DNA of 64,000 nt from Nitriliruptoraceae bacterium (GCA_018401275.1 JAGYKW010000007.1:26648-90647), one strand, 5' to 3'; positions 32,197-41,657 are shown, counted from the first letter of the stretch. Program-made: numbers and translations. The notes: a model not told the origin generated them from the letters alone.

Positions 32197-32583
32197 TCAG
32201 GCCAGGTCGACGGATGCGCCTGCACCCTCGAGCTGGGCCTTCGCCGCGTCGGCCGTCGCCTTGTCCACGCCCTGGAGGACGGGCTTCGGCGCGGCCTCGA
32301 CGAGGTCCTTGGCCTCCTTGAGGCCCAGGTTCGTCAGCGCGCGGACCTCCTTGATGACCTGGATCTTCTTCTCGCCACCGGAGGTGAGGACGACGTCGAA
32401 GGAGGTCTTCTCCTCCGCCGCCTCGCCCGCGCCGGCTGCGGCGCCACCTGCGGCCGCGACGGCCACCGGGGCTGCCGCGGTGACCTCGAAGGTCTCCTCG
32501 AACTTCTTGACGAGCTCCGACAGCTCGAGGAGCGTGAGCTCCTTGAACTGCTCGATGAGGTCGTCGGTGCTCAGCTTCGCCAT
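32197..32583 (-). CDS. rplL: 50S ribosomal protein L7/L12
   Basis: 128-aa [37 protein letters not shown] with an Ala-rich hinge, then [24 protein letters not shown]. Confidence 0.96.
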   Translation of the reverse strand: MAKLSTDDLIEQFKELTLLELSELVKKFEETFEVTAAAPVAVAAAGGAAAGAGEAAEEKTSFDVVLTSGGEKKIQVIKEVRALTNLGLKEAKDLVEAAPKPVLQGVDKATADAAKAQLEGAGASVDLA

Positions 32584-32669
32584 CGTGGTTCCTCCTGGGG
32601 GTCGTGCACGCCGGCTCTCGCCGGCGCAGGTCGTGGTCTGGGGTGATCGGAAAAGTGGTCGGGTGAGGC

Positions 32670-33374
32670 TCAGGCCTCGTCGGTCGCTGCGTCAGCCTCG
32701 TCGGTCGCTGCCGGGGCGTCCTCCGCCGGGGCGTCAGCCTCTGCGGACGCTTCGGCGGGTGCTGCCTCCTCGGCGGACGCTTCGGCGGGCGCAGCCTCCT
32801 CAGCAGGCGCTGCCTCGGGCGCTGCCTCGACGGCGGGCGCCGGGGCGGACTCGCCCTTGGCGACACGGTCGTCGATGAGCGCCTGGATGAGGCGGGCCTG
32901 GTGTGCGAGCGGCGCCTGCAGCAGTCGGGCGAACCCAGCGAGCGCGCCCTGCATGAGGCCGGCGAACTTCGCGAGCAGCTCCTCGCGGGAGGCGAGGTCG
33001 GCGAGGCGGTTGGTCTCGGCGGCGTCCATGACGGCGCCGTCGAGGTAGCCGCCGCGGATCACGAGGTCCGGGTGGTCCTTCGCGAACTTCTTGAGGGTCT
33101 TGGCCGGCCCGACCGGGTCGTCGGCGCAGAACACGAGGCTGGTGGGACCTTCGAGCAGGTCGTCGAGGCCCTCGATGCCGGCGTCGGCGACCGCGCGCTT
33201 CGCGAGGGTGTTCTTGACGACGCGCAGCTCGGCGTTGGACGCCCGCAGCTCGGTGCGCAGCTGGGCCATGTCCTTGACGCTGAGCCCGCGGTAGTGGGTC
33301 AGGAGCGTCGCGACACTGCCGGACAGACGCTCGCGGACCTCCGCGACCTCTGCGACCTTGTCCTCACGAGCCAT
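32670..33374 (-). CDS. rplJ: 50S ribosomal protein L10 with an acidic Ala/Pro/Glu C-terminal tail
   Basis: 234-aa [47 protein letters not shown]. The last ~60 aa are ...[49 protein letters not shown]. Confidence 0.93.
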   Translation of the reverse strand: MAREDKVAEVAEVRERLSGSVATLLTHYRGLSVKDMAQLRTELRASNAELRVVKNTLAKRAVADAGIEGLDDLLEGPTSLVFCADDPVGPAKTLKKFAKDHPDLVIRGGYLDGAVMDAAETNRLADLASREELLAKFAGLMQGALAGFARLLQAPLAHQARLIQALIDDRVAKGESAPAPAVEAAPEAAPAEEAAPAEASAEEAAPAEASAEADAPAEDAPAATDEADAATDEA

Positions 33375-33625
33375 GTCGGCCTCCTCGTCCTCTGCGGACG
33401 GCCCCGCAGGGGCGCGTCCTTAGGAGCGCGCGCAGGGGGAGGCTCGACGGCACCGGGGTGCCGCATGCCCTCGCCTGCGCAGGACGCTCCGGGTGCCGTG
33501 CCGGATGGCGACGGCGGTTCGGAGCCTTCAGCCCGCGTGCGGGCGTCCGGCGGTCTTCGGTGGGGTGGTCGTGCTGAGGTCCGCGCACATGACCAGCATG
33601 CGACGCGGACCGGTGGAGCAGCGTA
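33375..33625 (-). promoter_or_regulatory. Long structured rplJL leader (possible L10/L12 autoregulatory leader)
   Basis: A 250-nt non-coding gap upstream of rplJ with several GC stem-loops. L10-leader elements are known at this position in other Gram-positive bacteria. I cannot confirm covariation by eye. Confidence 0.25.
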
Positions 33626-34342
33626 TCAGGCGTCGGCGGTGATCCGCACGGGCGCGGAGGGGTCGATCGGGACGCCGGGGCTGGTCGACGTGGAGACGCC
33701 GGCCGAGCGCAGGTAGCGGCCCTTCGCCGAGGACGGGCGGAGACGCACCAGCTCGTCGAGCAGCGCGCCGTAGTTGTCGAGCAGCTGCTCGCTGGTGAAG
33801 CCGAGCTTGCCGATGACGGCATGGACGTTGCCGTTGCGGTCGGCACGGAACTCCACGCGGCCGGCCTTGATCTCCTTGACGGCCTTCGCGACGTCCATGG
33901 TGACCGTGCCCGACTTCGGGTTCGGCATCAGGTTGCGCGGGCCCAGGACCTTGCCGAAGCGTCCGAGCTTGCCCATCATGTCGGGCGTCGCGATGATCGC
34001 ACCGAGCCCGTCCAGGTGCTTGCCGGCACCGAGCTCCTCGATCAGCTCGTCGCCGCCGACGAGGTCAGCACCGGCCTCACGGGCCTGAGCGGCCTTCTCG
34101 CCACCGGTCACGACCGCGACCTTGACGACCTTGCCGATGCCGTGCGGCAGCGAGACCGCACCACGCACCATCTGGTCGGCCTGGCGCGTGTCGACGCCGA
34201 GTCGGATGACCGCATCGACGGTCGGGTCGTAGGTCGCGCCGCCGATGTCCTTCAGCAGCTCGAGCGCCGCTGCGGGCGTGTACAGCGTGTCGGCCTCGAT
34301 GCGGTCGAGGGCCGCGCGGTAGCGACGGGAACGCTTCGCCAT
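33626..34342 (-). CDS. rplA: 50S ribosomal protein L1
   Basis: 238-aa [26 protein letters not shown]...[16 protein letters not shown]. Confidence 0.96.
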   Translation of the reverse strand: MAKRSRRYRAALDRIEADTLYTPAAALELLKDIGGATYDPTVDAVIRLGVDTRQADQMVRGAVSLPHGIGKVVKVAVVTGGEKAAQAREAGADLVGGDELIEELGAGKHLDGLGAIIATPDMMGKLGRFGKVLGPRNLMPNPKSGTVTMDVAKAVKEIKAGRVEFRADRNGNVHAVIGKLGFTSEQLLDNYGALLDELVRLRPSSAKGRYLRSAGVSTSTSPGVPIDPSAPVRITADA

Positions 34343-34398
34343 GATGATGCTCCTCGTGGTCCAGGCGACGGGCGCTCGGCCTCGTCTCCCACGGTCGT

Positions 34399-34464
34399 GT
34401 GTGGATGGTGCGGTTCGTGGTGCCAGTGCGGTTCGTGGTGCCAGTGCGGTTCGTGTGGATGGTG
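34399..34464. repeat. Nested tandem repeat in the rplK-rplA spacer
   Basis: gtgtggatggtg + cggttcgtggtgccagtg + cggttcgtggtgccagtg + cggttc + gtgtggatggtg. That is an 18-mer x2 plus a partial copy, bracketed by a 12-mer direct repeat. Confidence 0.85.
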
Positions 34465-34481
34465 GGGTGCGTCGTCCGCGA

Positions 34482-34907
34482 TCAGCCGTCGACGGTGATG
34501 CCCATCGAACGGGCGGTGCCCTCGATGATGAGCATCGCGGCGTCGACGTCGTTCGCGTTCAGGTCGGGCATCTTCTTCTCGGCGATCTCGCGCACCTGCG
34601 CCTTCGAGACCTTGCCGACCTTGACGGTGTGCGGGGTCGGCGCGCCCTTGGCGACCCCGGCGGCACGCAGCAGGAGCTGCGCCGCCGGCGGCGTCTTCAT
34701 GATGAACGTGAACGAGCGGTCCTCGTAGACGGTGATCTCGACGGGGACGATGTCGCCCGTCAGCTGCGCGGTCGCCTCGTTGAACGCCTTGCAGAACTCC
34801 ATGATGTTCACGGAGTGCTGACCGAGCGCAGGACCGACCGGCGGGGCAGGGTTCGCCTGGCCCGCGGGGATCTGGAGCTTGATGAAGCCCACGGCCTTCT
34901 TCGCCAT
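34482..34907 (-). CDS. rplK: 50S ribosomal protein L11
   Basis: 141-aa [46 protein letters not shown]. Confidence 0.96.
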   Translation of the reverse strand: MAKKAVGFIKLQIPAGQANPAPPVGPALGQHSVNIMEFCKAFNEATAQLTGDIVPVEITVYEDRSFTFIMKTPPAAQLLLRAAGVAKGAPTPHTVKVGKVSKAQVREIAEKKMPDLNANDVDAAMLIIEGTARSMGITVDG

Positions 34908-34977
34908 GTCTGGTCCTCCTGATGGTGGGGTGGAGCCTCAGCTCCGGATGAGATCGTGGTGGTTCAGCGCCTGTGGT

Positions 34978-35808
34978 TCACAGCTTCGCGACGGTGTCGA
35001 AGGAGAGCTCGAGGGGTGTCTCGCGACCGAAGACGCTCACGAGGACCTTCAGCTTCGCCTGGTCGAGGTTGATCTCGGCGATGGTGCCGGTGAAGTCCGC
35101 GAACGGACCACCGGTGACCCGGACGGTCTCGCCGATCTCGAGGTCGATCTCGGCGACGGCCTTCTCGACGGCAGCGGCGCGCTGCTCCTCGATGGCGGTC
35201 ACCTCGATGTACTCGACGGGCACGTGGAGCAGACCCGCGACCTCCTTGGTCACGAGCGGCACCGGACGCGATCCGGGCGAGCCGACGAAGCCGGTGACGG
35301 CCGGCGTGTGCCGGACGATCGCCCACACGTCATCGTCCATGTCCATGCGGACGAGCACGTAGCCGGGGAGGAACTTCTTCTGCGAGACGGTCTTCTTCCC
35401 CTTCTTGTACTCCGTGACCTCTTCGGTGGGGATGACGATCTCGTGGATGCGGTCGTGGGCCTCGAACGAGTCGATGCGCGTCGCGAGGTTGTCCTTGACG
35501 CGCTGCTCGTAGCCGGCGTAGGTGTGCACCACGTACCAGTCACCGAGCAGGCGGGCGAGGTCCTTCTGATCGCGCACGTCGTCGATGCTGCGCGGACGCG
35601 GGCGAGGCGCGGGCGCCTGGACGACCGGCTCGGGCTCCGGCTCCGGCGTGGACTCGGACGCGTCGTCCGCGGGCAGCGTCGCGTCGTCCGCGAACGACGT
35701 CTCGGCGTCCGTCACGGCATCGTCAGCGGGCGCGCCGGCACCGGCGAGCGCGAGCAGCTCGTCGACGTCGGTCGTCTCGGTGGTGGTCTCGTCGGTCACG
35801 TCGTTCAC
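34978..35808 (-). CDS. nusG: Transcription termination/antitermination factor NusG (acidic N-terminal extension)
   Basis: ORF 34978..35856. Start placed at GTG 35808 (GTGA overlap with the secE stop); GTG at 35799 is an alternative. The NGN core contains [18 protein letters not shown]. The KOW region contains [21 protein letters not shown]. Confidence 0.9.
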   Translation of the reverse strand: MNDVTDETTTETTDVDELLALAGAGAPADDAVTDAETSFADDATLPADDASESTPEPEPEPVVQAPAPRPRPRSIDDVRDQKDLARLLGDWYVVHTYAGYEQRVKDNLATRIDSFEAHDRIHEIVIPTEEVTEYKKGKKTVSQKKFLPGYVLVRMDMDDDVWAIVRHTPAVTGFVGSPGSRPVPLVTKEVAGLLHVPVEYIEVTAIEEQRAAAVEKAVAEIDLEIGETVRVTGGPFADFTGTIAEINLDQAKLKVLVSVFGRETPLELSFDTVAKL

Positions 35809-36014
35809 CCCAGCGTGTTGATGACGATACGGCGGATGCCCTCGTCGACGCCCCACACGAAGCTCGTGAGGACGAACGTGAGCGCGAGGACGATCACCGT
35901 GTAGGACACGATCTGCTTGCGGCTCGGCCAGTTGACGCGGCGCAGCTCGGCGCGCACCTCACGCAGGAACTGCGGCAGGGGCGTACGCGTGCGCGTCGGC
36001 TCAGCCTCGCTCAC
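35805..36014 (-). CDS. secE: Preprotein translocase subunit SecE
   Basis: 69-aa ORF with a GTG start: [42 protein letters not shown], a single TM helix. Conserved tRNA-Trp/secE/nusG order. Confidence 0.88.
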   Translation of the reverse strand: MSEAEPTRTRTPLPQFLREVRAELRRVNWPSRKQIVSYTVIVLALTFVLTSFVWGVDEGIRRIVINTLG

Positions 36015-36109
36015 CTGTCCACCTCCGTCCTGCTGTCAGCCCGCGTGGTGCGGTTCGTATCGGCCGGTGCTCCGGCGGTCGTTCCGGGTCGTCCGGCCAC
36101 TTCGGTTCG

Positions 36110-36183
36110 CACGGGAGGAGGGACTTGAACCCCCAACCGCCGGTTTTGGAGACCGGTGCTCTACCAAGTTGAGCTACTCCCGT
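36110..36183 (-). tRNA. tRNA-Trp (anticodon CCA)
   Basis: ACGGGAG TA GCTC AACTTGGT AGAGC A CCGGT CTCCAAA ACCGG CGGTT GGGGG TTCAAGT CCCTC CTCCCGT G. Cloverleaf folded by hand; CCA tail not encoded. Confidence 0.93.
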
Positions 36184-36388
36184 CGGTGACGGTCAGGGCC
36201 TCATCCACGCGACGCGTCGCGAGGGCAGGGATCCGGCCGACGTCGGGGCCGCGTGCGCGGACGCCCCCGACAAGGGAACGCTGCCCCACTGGGAGGCAGC
36301 GCGCCAAGCGTACCGCTCCCCGACCGCCCTCACAACCGCGCCCAGGGCCGTCCTGCACGGTCCCGGACGGCCGTGCCGGACTGCCGGT

Positions 36389-36787
36389 TCAGACCCGGAC
36401 GTGTCCGACGCCGGAGAGGATGCGCTCGCCGTTCTCGCCGGTCCCCTGGACCTCGATGGTGGCGAGCCCGTCCTCGATGGCGGTCACGGTGCCGCTGAAC
36501 GTCGCGGTCGTGCCCAGCGGCCACGGCTTCGAGAAGCGGACCTGGAGGTCGGCGACCCGCTCGGGCCCACCGGCCGCCGCGGTCAGCATGCGCGACACGA
36601 GCCCCATGGAGTACATCCCGTGCGCGATCGGTGCACCTGTGGGCGAGACCTGTCCGGCGAACGCCTGGTCGTAGTGGAGCGGGTTGTAGTCGGTCGATGC
36701 ACCCGCGTACATGACGGAGGTGACGAGGTTCGACGGCTGGCTGATGGCGGGCAGCTCGGCGCCGACGGTGAAGACGAAGTCGCTCAT
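36389..36787 (-). CDS. MaoC-family (R)-hydratase/dehydratase, hot-dog fold (HadB-like)
   Basis: ORF 36389..37312 trimmed to MSDFVFTVGAELPAI...YAGASTDYNPLHYDQAFAGQVSPTGAPIAHGMYSMG (hydratase-2 motif). ATGA overlap with the upstream partner. Confidence 0.85.
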   Translation of the reverse strand: MSDFVFTVGAELPAISQPSNLVTSVMYAGASTDYNPLHYDQAFAGQVSPTGAPIAHGMYSMGLVSRMLTAAAGGPERVADLQVRFSKPWPLGTTATFSGTVTAIEDGLATIEVQGTGENGERILSGVGHVRV

Positions 36788-37254
36788 GCTGCGTCCTCCT
36801 GCGCCGCGTCGGGCGCCTCGTCCTGCGGAGCGGAGCCCAGGAAGACGATGACCGACTCCGACTCGACGGCGAGCTCGCCGCTGTCGGCGAATCGGCAGTC
36901 GACGATCGTGGTGAGGAACTCGTTGCGTCCACGCACCGTGATCGACGCGATGCTCGGTGTGCAGTCGAGCACGTCGCCCGGCGTGAGCGGCCGGGTGCCG
37001 TAGCGGAACGCCTGCGAGCCGTGGACGAGGGCCGGGTGCGCACCGAGCTCCGGGTCGGAGAACAGCGCCATGAGTCCGCGGGAGAGCGTGAACGCGGCGG
37101 CGAACGTCGGCGGCGCGACGCAGTCGTCCCCATCGGACTGGTAGCGCGCGTCGCTCTCGCCGAGCGCCATCGCGTACTCGCGGATCTTCTCGCGCGCGAC
37201 CTCGTAGCGGTAGGCCGGGTAGGCCGTCCCGACCTTCGACTGGTTCAGCGCCAT
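36784..37254 (-). CDS. MaoC-like dehydratase N-terminal-type subunit (HadA-like)
   Basis: 156-aa ORF MALNQSKVGTAYPAYRYEVAREKIREYAMALGESDARYQ...PPTFAAAF. The position between tRNA-Met and tRNA-Trp matches the mycobacterial hadA-hadB neighbourhood. Confidence 0.82.
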   Translation of the reverse strand: MALNQSKVGTAYPAYRYEVAREKIREYAMALGESDARYQSDGDDCVAPPTFAAAFTLSRGLMALFSDPELGAHPALVHGSQAFRYGTRPLTPGDVLDCTPSIASITVRGRNEFLTTIVDCRFADSGELAVESESVIVFLGSAPQDEAPDAAQEDAA

Positions 37255-37279
37255 CAGGCGTCCCCCTCTGCGGTGGTGG

Positions 37280-37354
37280 TGGTAGCGGCGGGTGGAATCG
37301 AACCACCGACACAGCGATTATGAGTCGCTTGCTCTGCCTCTGAGCTACGCCGCC
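37280..37354 (-). tRNA. tRNA-Met (anticodon CAU, elongator type)
   Basis: GGCGGCG TA GCTC AGAGGCA GAGC A AGCGA CTCATAA TCGCT GTGTC GGTGG TTCGATT CCACC CGCCGCT A CCA. The anticodon stem lacks the three G-C pairs typical of initiator tRNA. CCA is encoded. Confidence 0.88.
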
Positions 37355-37414
37355 GAGCGTGCGGGGAAGGCTACCGCGCCGGCCGAGGCAGGGTCTCGGA
37401 CGCGGCCTTGGTCC

Positions 37415-37885
37415 TCATGGCGAGACGGTCCGGATGCCGAGCGTCCCGGCCGCCGCGATGATCCGCTGGTCGTAGGTGACGATCCCATCACAGCGTCCGT
37501 CGTGACCGAGCACGACCGCGAGGTGGAGCGCGTCGATCGTCCGCAGGGTGGAGGGCGCAAGGATGCGCGCCTGGAGGAAGTCGCGCTCGCTGACCTCCAC
37601 GCGCGCGAGGTCGTCGACGAGCGGCCCTGCGGTTCGTGCGAGCTCCGGCGCGGTGCGCACGATCGCGCGGTAGGTCTCGGTCCGCCCGAGGTCGCTGACG
37701 AACACCGTCGCGCCAGCGTCCTCGAGATCACTGAGCCAGGTGCGGAGCGCGTCGGAGCGTTCCTCTGCGAGCACGAGCTTCACCAGCGCGGAGCTCTCCA
37801 GGTACCACGCCTCGCGCGCGCCGGAGATGGTCGCCGCCCCACGCATCGGTGAGCGGACCGACGGGCTGTCGAGGGTCATCGTCAT
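37415..37885 (-). CDS. PIN-domain ribonuclease toxin (VapC family)
   Basis: 156-aa ORF with AWYLESSALVKLVL..., TVFVSDLGRTE..., LRTIDALHLAVVL... and IVTYDQRI, which match the spacing of PIN acidic residues. ATGA overlap with the upstream antitoxin. Confidence 0.78.
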   Translation of the reverse strand: MTMTLDSPSVRSPMRGAATISGAREAWYLESSALVKLVLAEERSDALRTWLSDLEDAGATVFVSDLGRTETYRAIVRTAPELARTAGPLVDDLARVEVSERDFLQARILAPSTLRTIDALHLAVVLGHDGRCDGIVTYDQRIIAAAGTLGIRTVSP

Positions 37886-38349
37886 CGGGGGTCCGCCTCA
37901 CGCTCGTCGATGATGAGCTGGCTGACGCTGCGTCCGCCGATCGCCGCGCGCTGCTCGTCGGTCAACGGCACCGGCGGAGGAAGCTCGCTGATGCGTCGGC
38001 GCGCCGGCGTCGCACGGCCCGCAGCGATCATCGCGTCGAGCCCCGCGCGTGGTCCGGCCTCGTCCGAGGGCCCGACCCGATAGGGACCGCCGATGGACTC
38101 GGAGGCGAGCATCGGGTGCCGGTCACCGTCGGGCACGAGCTCGTAGCGGAGCTGGTAGCCGAGCGCGGTGGCGAAGCGGTCGAGCGTGTCGAGCTGCAGC
38201 GTCCCCTCGATCTCGGCCCGCTCGACCTGGGAGATGCGGCTCGGGGTGACCCCGGCGCGCTCGGCGACCTCCTGGACGGTGAGGCCCTGCTCGCGGCGGG
38301 CGAGGCGGAGGAGCCCGCCGTTCCGCTTCGGATAGGTGATCCGCGCCAT
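37882..38349 (-). CDS. XRE-family HTH antitoxin with a VapB-like C-terminal toxin-binding tail
   Basis: 155-aa ORF. The N-terminus LARREQGLTVQEVAERAGVTPSRISQVERAE is an HTH_XRE. The C-terminus GLDAMIAAGRATPARRRISELPPPVPL...SVSQLIIDEREADPR resembles actinobacterial VapB tails. Confidence 0.72.
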   Translation of the reverse strand: MARITYPKRNGGLLRLARREQGLTVQEVAERAGVTPSRISQVERAEIEGTLQLDTLDRFATALGYQLRYELVPDGDRHPMLASESIGGPYRVGPSDEAGPRAGLDAMIAAGRATPARRRISELPPPVPLTDEQRAAIGGRSVSQLIIDEREADPR

Positions 38350-38350
38350 C

Positions 38351-38387
38351 GGTAGTCCTGACTCTTGAAGGAGGAGTCAAGACTACC
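38351..38387. promoter_or_regulatory. 37-bp imperfect inverted repeat immediately upstream of the antitoxin start (candidate operator)
   Basis: GGTAGTC ct GACTC ttgaaggag GAGTC aa GACTACC. It begins 2 nt upstream of the ATG at 38349, is locally A/T-richer, and contains TTGACT on the coding strand. Confidence 0.4.
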
Positions 38388-38441
38388 GAAGGGGGCGTTG
38401 CGGTCGATGGGCCCGATCCGGACCTGTGGAGAACCATCGCC

Positions 38442-39245
38442 TCAGCGCAGAGCGGCCCGCTGGAACTGCCGCACCGAGAGCGGCACGAACACGATGAGCA
38501 GCAGCGCGACCCAGATGAGCGTGTAGGCGACCGGATGGCGCAGCGACCACACGTCGGGCACGGGCATGTCGGGCGGGACGTTGCCGAACGCGACGCGTGC
38601 GGCCTGCGTGACCGCCGACACCGGGTTCCACTCGGCGAAGGTGCGCAGCACGCCGGGCAGGTTCTCCGACGGCACGAACGTGTTCGCGATGAACGTCGCA
38701 GGGAAGATGACGATGAAGGAGGCGTTGTTGACGACCTCCGGCTTGGGGACGAGCAGCCCGACGTAGGCCATCACCCACGAGAACCCGTACGCGAACACGA
38801 GCAGCAGCAGGAACCCGCCGAGCGCCTCGAGCATCGAGGACCGGATGCGCCAGCCGACCGCCAACCCCGTCAGCGACATGATGAAGACGGTCAGCACGTT
38901 GTAGACCACGTCCGACGCGGTGCGTCCGACCAGCACGGCCGAGCGCGCCATCGGCAGCGAGCGGAAGCGATCGATGATGCCCTTCTGCACGTCCTGCGCG
39001 AGTCCGGCCCCGGTGAACGTCGCGCCGAACACGACGGTCTGCGCGAAGATCCCGGCGATGAGGAACTCGCGGTAGTCGACGCCGCCCGTGTCGATCGAAC
39101 CGCCGAACACGTAGGCGAACAGCAGCACGAACATCACCGGCGCGACGAGCACCCCGACGAGCACCTCGGGCACGCGCCGGATCAGGATCATGTTGCGCAG
39201 CGCGATGACGTGGCCGTCGTGCAGCGCCCATGCCAGCCGGTTCAT
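38442..39245 (-). CDS. ABC-2 type exporter permease (DrrB-like)
   Basis: ORF 38442..39698 trimmed to MNRLAWALHDGHVIALRNMILIRRVPEVLVG (ATG at 39245; ATGA overlap with the ATPase stop). 267 aa with about six TM segments. Confidence 0.85.
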   Translation of the reverse strand: MNRLAWALHDGHVIALRNMILIRRVPEVLVGVLVAPVMFVLLFAYVFGGSIDTGGVDYREFLIAGIFAQTVVFGATFTGAGLAQDVQKGIIDRFRSLPMARSAVLVGRTASDVVYNVLTVFIMSLTGLAVGWRIRSSMLEALGGFLLLLVFAYGFSWVMAYVGLLVPKPEVVNNASFIVIFPATFIANTFVPSENLPGVLRTFAEWNPVSAVTQAARVAFGNVPPDMPVPDVWSLRHPVAYTLIWVALLLIVFVPLSVRQFQRAALR

Positions 39246-40222
39246 GCGCCGACCTCCACGCCGGCGTCGGCATCGCGGGCGTCGGCCGGCGCGCCGGTCA
39301 GCGTGAGGAACACCTCGTCGAGCGTGGCGCGGCGCAGCCCGACCTCGCCGACCGCGACACCGTCCTGGTCGAGCGCGTCGATGACCTGCGTGAGCGTCGC
39401 GCTCCCGCCGTGCACGGCCGCGCTCACCATCCCCGTCTGCTCGTCGGTGCGCACGTCGTCGATCGCGAAGCGGGCGAGCACGGTCTGCGCGCGCCCGATG
39501 AGCGCACGCTCGCGCACGACCAGCTCGACGCGCTCGCCGCCGACCATCGTCTTGAGCTCGTCGGGTGTCCCGCGCGCGATCGCTCGCCCGTCGTCGATGA
39601 CCAGCACGTCGCGCGCGAGCTGGTCGGCCTCCTCGAGGTACTGCGTGGTGAGCAGCAGCGTCGTGCCGGCGGCGGTCAGCTCGCGGATGACGTCCCACAT
39701 GCCCAGCCGGCTGCGCGGATCGAGGCCCGTCGTCGGCTCGTCGAGGAACAGCACCGGTGGTGTGGTGACCAGTGCACCGGCGAGGTCGAGCCGGCGGCGC
39801 ATCCCTCCGGAGTAGCCCTTCACCGGACGGTCGGCCGCATCGACGAGGTCGAAGCGTTCGAGCAGCTCGACAGCACGCCGCTGCGCGCCGCGACGTCCCA
39901 GCCGCGAGAGCCGGCCGACCATCACGAGGTTCTCGCGGCCGGTGAGGTCCTGGTCGACGGCCGCGTACTGGCCGGAGAGGCCGATGCGGGCGCGGACCTC
40001 GTCGGGGTGCGTGGCGACGTCGTAGCCGGCGACGACCGCGCGCCCCTCGTCGGGCACCAGCAGCGTCGTGAGGATCCGCACGGCCGTGGTCTTGCCGGCA
40101 CCGTTGGGTCCGAGCAGCCCGAGGATCCCACCGACGGGGACCTCGAGGTCGAGGTGGTCGAGCGCGGTGACCGCGCCGTAGCGCTTGACGAGTCCCTCGG
40201 CGCGCACTGCGACGTCCATCAT
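39242..40222 (-). CDS. ABC transporter ATP-binding protein (DrrA/daunorubicin-resistance-like)
   Basis: 326-aa ORF with Walker A GPNGAGKTT, signature YSGGMRRRL and Walker B VLFLDEPTTGLD. Confidence 0.92.
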   Translation of the reverse strand: MMDVAVRAEGLVKRYGAVTALDHLDLEVPVGGILGLLGPNGAGKTTAVRILTTLLVPDEGRAVVAGYDVATHPDEVRARIGLSGQYAAVDQDLTGRENLVMVGRLSRLGRRGAQRRAVELLERFDLVDAADRPVKGYSGGMRRRLDLAGALVTTPPVLFLDEPTTGLDPRSRLGMWDVIRELTAAGTTLLLTTQYLEEADQLARDVLVIDDGRAIARGTPDELKTMVGGERVELVVRERALIGRAQTVLARFAIDDVRTDEQTGMVSAAVHGGSATLTQVIDALDQDGVAVGEVGLRRATLDEVFLTLTGAPADARDADAGVEVGA

Positions 40223-40233
40223 GGGATCCTCAT

Positions 40234-40318
40234 CTGAGCCCTGGCGGAGAATCGAACTCCGGACCTCATCCTTACCATGGATGCGCTCTGCCGACTGAGC
40301 TACCAGGGCGTTCTACGG
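40234..40318. repeat. 85-bp perfect direct repeat, copy 1 (whole tRNA-Thr plus 3 and 9 flanking nt)
   Basis: ctgagccctggcggagaatcgaactccggacctcatccttaccatggatgcgctctgccgactgagctaccagggcgttctacgg is identical at 41677..41761. Confidence 0.9.
40237..40309 (-). tRNA. tRNA-Thr (anticodon GGU), copy 1
   Basis: GCCCTGG TA GCTC AGTCGGC AGAGC G CATCC ATGGTAA GGATG AGGTC CGGAG TTCGATT CTCCG CCAGGGC T. Coordinates anchored on the ORF-track stops at 40272 and the start at 40277. Confidence 0.92.
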
Positions 40319-40471
40319 TCCGCTCCGCAGCCGACCCCCCAGCGTGAGGGGATCGGACCGAGACCAGAGGAACGACGATGCAGGATCGAACGAGCCCTCG
40401 CCACCGGACGTCGCGCACTCGGTGCGACCGGGCGCCCGACGCCGCAGGCCGCACCGCTGGGCGCGGTCGAC

Positions 40472-41657
40472 GTGCGCACCACATCGCTCGGGCTCCTCGG
40501 GGCAGCCCTGCTCGGCTCCTACGCGTTCCAGCGCTACGGCGCGGCACGTGCCGGGCTGCTCGGCCTCGGACTGCTGCTCGGCGTCGCACTCTTCCACGCA
40601 CGCTTCGGCTTCGTGTCCGCCTGGCGCCAGCTCGTCGCCGTCGGGCAGGGCCGCGGCCTGCAGGCGCACGCGCTGATGATCGGTGTGGCGTCGCTGCTGT
40701 TCGCGCCCATCCTCGCGCGCGGCGAGGGCTTCGGCGGGGTCGCCACCGGCGGCTGCGTCGCACCGATCACGCCTCGGACTGTTCGTCGGCGCGGCGATGT
40801 TCGGCATCGGCATGCAGCTCGGGGGTGCGTGCGCGTCGGGGACGCTGTACGCGACCGGCTCGGGACACGTCCCGGTGTTCATCACGCTCGGCGGCTTCAT
40901 CGGCGGTTCGGTGCTCGGTGTCGCGACCGTGCAGTGGTGGCGTCCGGGCGGCTCGCTCGGCGTCGTGCTCTCGAGCCAGGTCTCCTTCGCGGCCCGATTC
41001 GGATGGGCCGGTGGGCTCGCCGTGAACCTGACGCTGCTCGGTGCGATCGCGCTGGCCGCCGAGGTGGTGCGCCGCCGCCGTCAGGCCCCGCCCATCGAGC
41101 CGGTCCCGACGGCGTCCGGCGCACGCACGCATCGTGCGCGGGTCATGGCCGCTGTGGGTCGGGGCGCTGGTGCTCGCGAGGCCTCAACGCGCTCGTGCTG
41201 CTCACGTCGGGACGCCCGTGGGGCGTGACCGGCGCGTTCCGCCTGTGGGGCTCGAAGCTCGTCGCTGCGACCGGCCTCGCGGACCCGGCATCGTGGCCGG
41301 GCTGGGCCGGTTCGAGCGCGCTCGAGCAGTCGATCCCTGCTCGACAACACGAGCGTCACGAACCTCGGCATCGTGCTCGGCGCGCTCATCGCCGCCGGAC
41401 TCGCCGGCTCGTTCCAGCTGCACCGTTCGACCCCGCGCAACGTGGTCGCCGCCCACTCGATCGGCGGGGTGCTGATGGGCTACGGCGCAGCGATCGCGTT
41501 CGGCTGCAACATCGGCGCGTACTTCTCCGGCATCGCCTCGTTCAGCCTGCACGGCTGGCTGTGGGGGCTCGCCGCGCTCGGCGGCACGTGGATCGGCCTG
41601 CGGCTGCGACCGCTGTTCGGACTGGCGAACCCGAAGCCGTCCGACAGCGTCTGCTGA
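40472..41657 (+). pseudogene. YeeE/YedE-family (sulfur-transport, PF04143-like) membrane protein, disrupted by at least 4 frameshifts
   Basis: Protein-like segments lie in three frames. LLGAALLGSYAFQRYG...FGFVSAWRQLV is in frame 2. LFVGAAMFGIGMQLGGACASGTLYATGSG is in frame 0. SWPLWVGALVLA is in frame 1. LNALVLLTSGRPWGVTGAFRLWGSKLV is in frame 2. LLDNTSVTNLGIVLGALIAAG...AFGCNIGAYFSGIAS is in frame 0. Switches occur near 40770, 41130, 41180 and 41335. Confidence 0.75.

Noticed and set aside
36389-37254. Calling the two MaoC-type genes hadA/hadB of mycolic acid synthesis
   Set aside because: Synteny with the mycobacterial locus is clear, but only two genes are present (no hadC). Nothing in the window shows that the organism makes mycolic acids. 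They are kept as generic MaoC-family dehydratase subunits.
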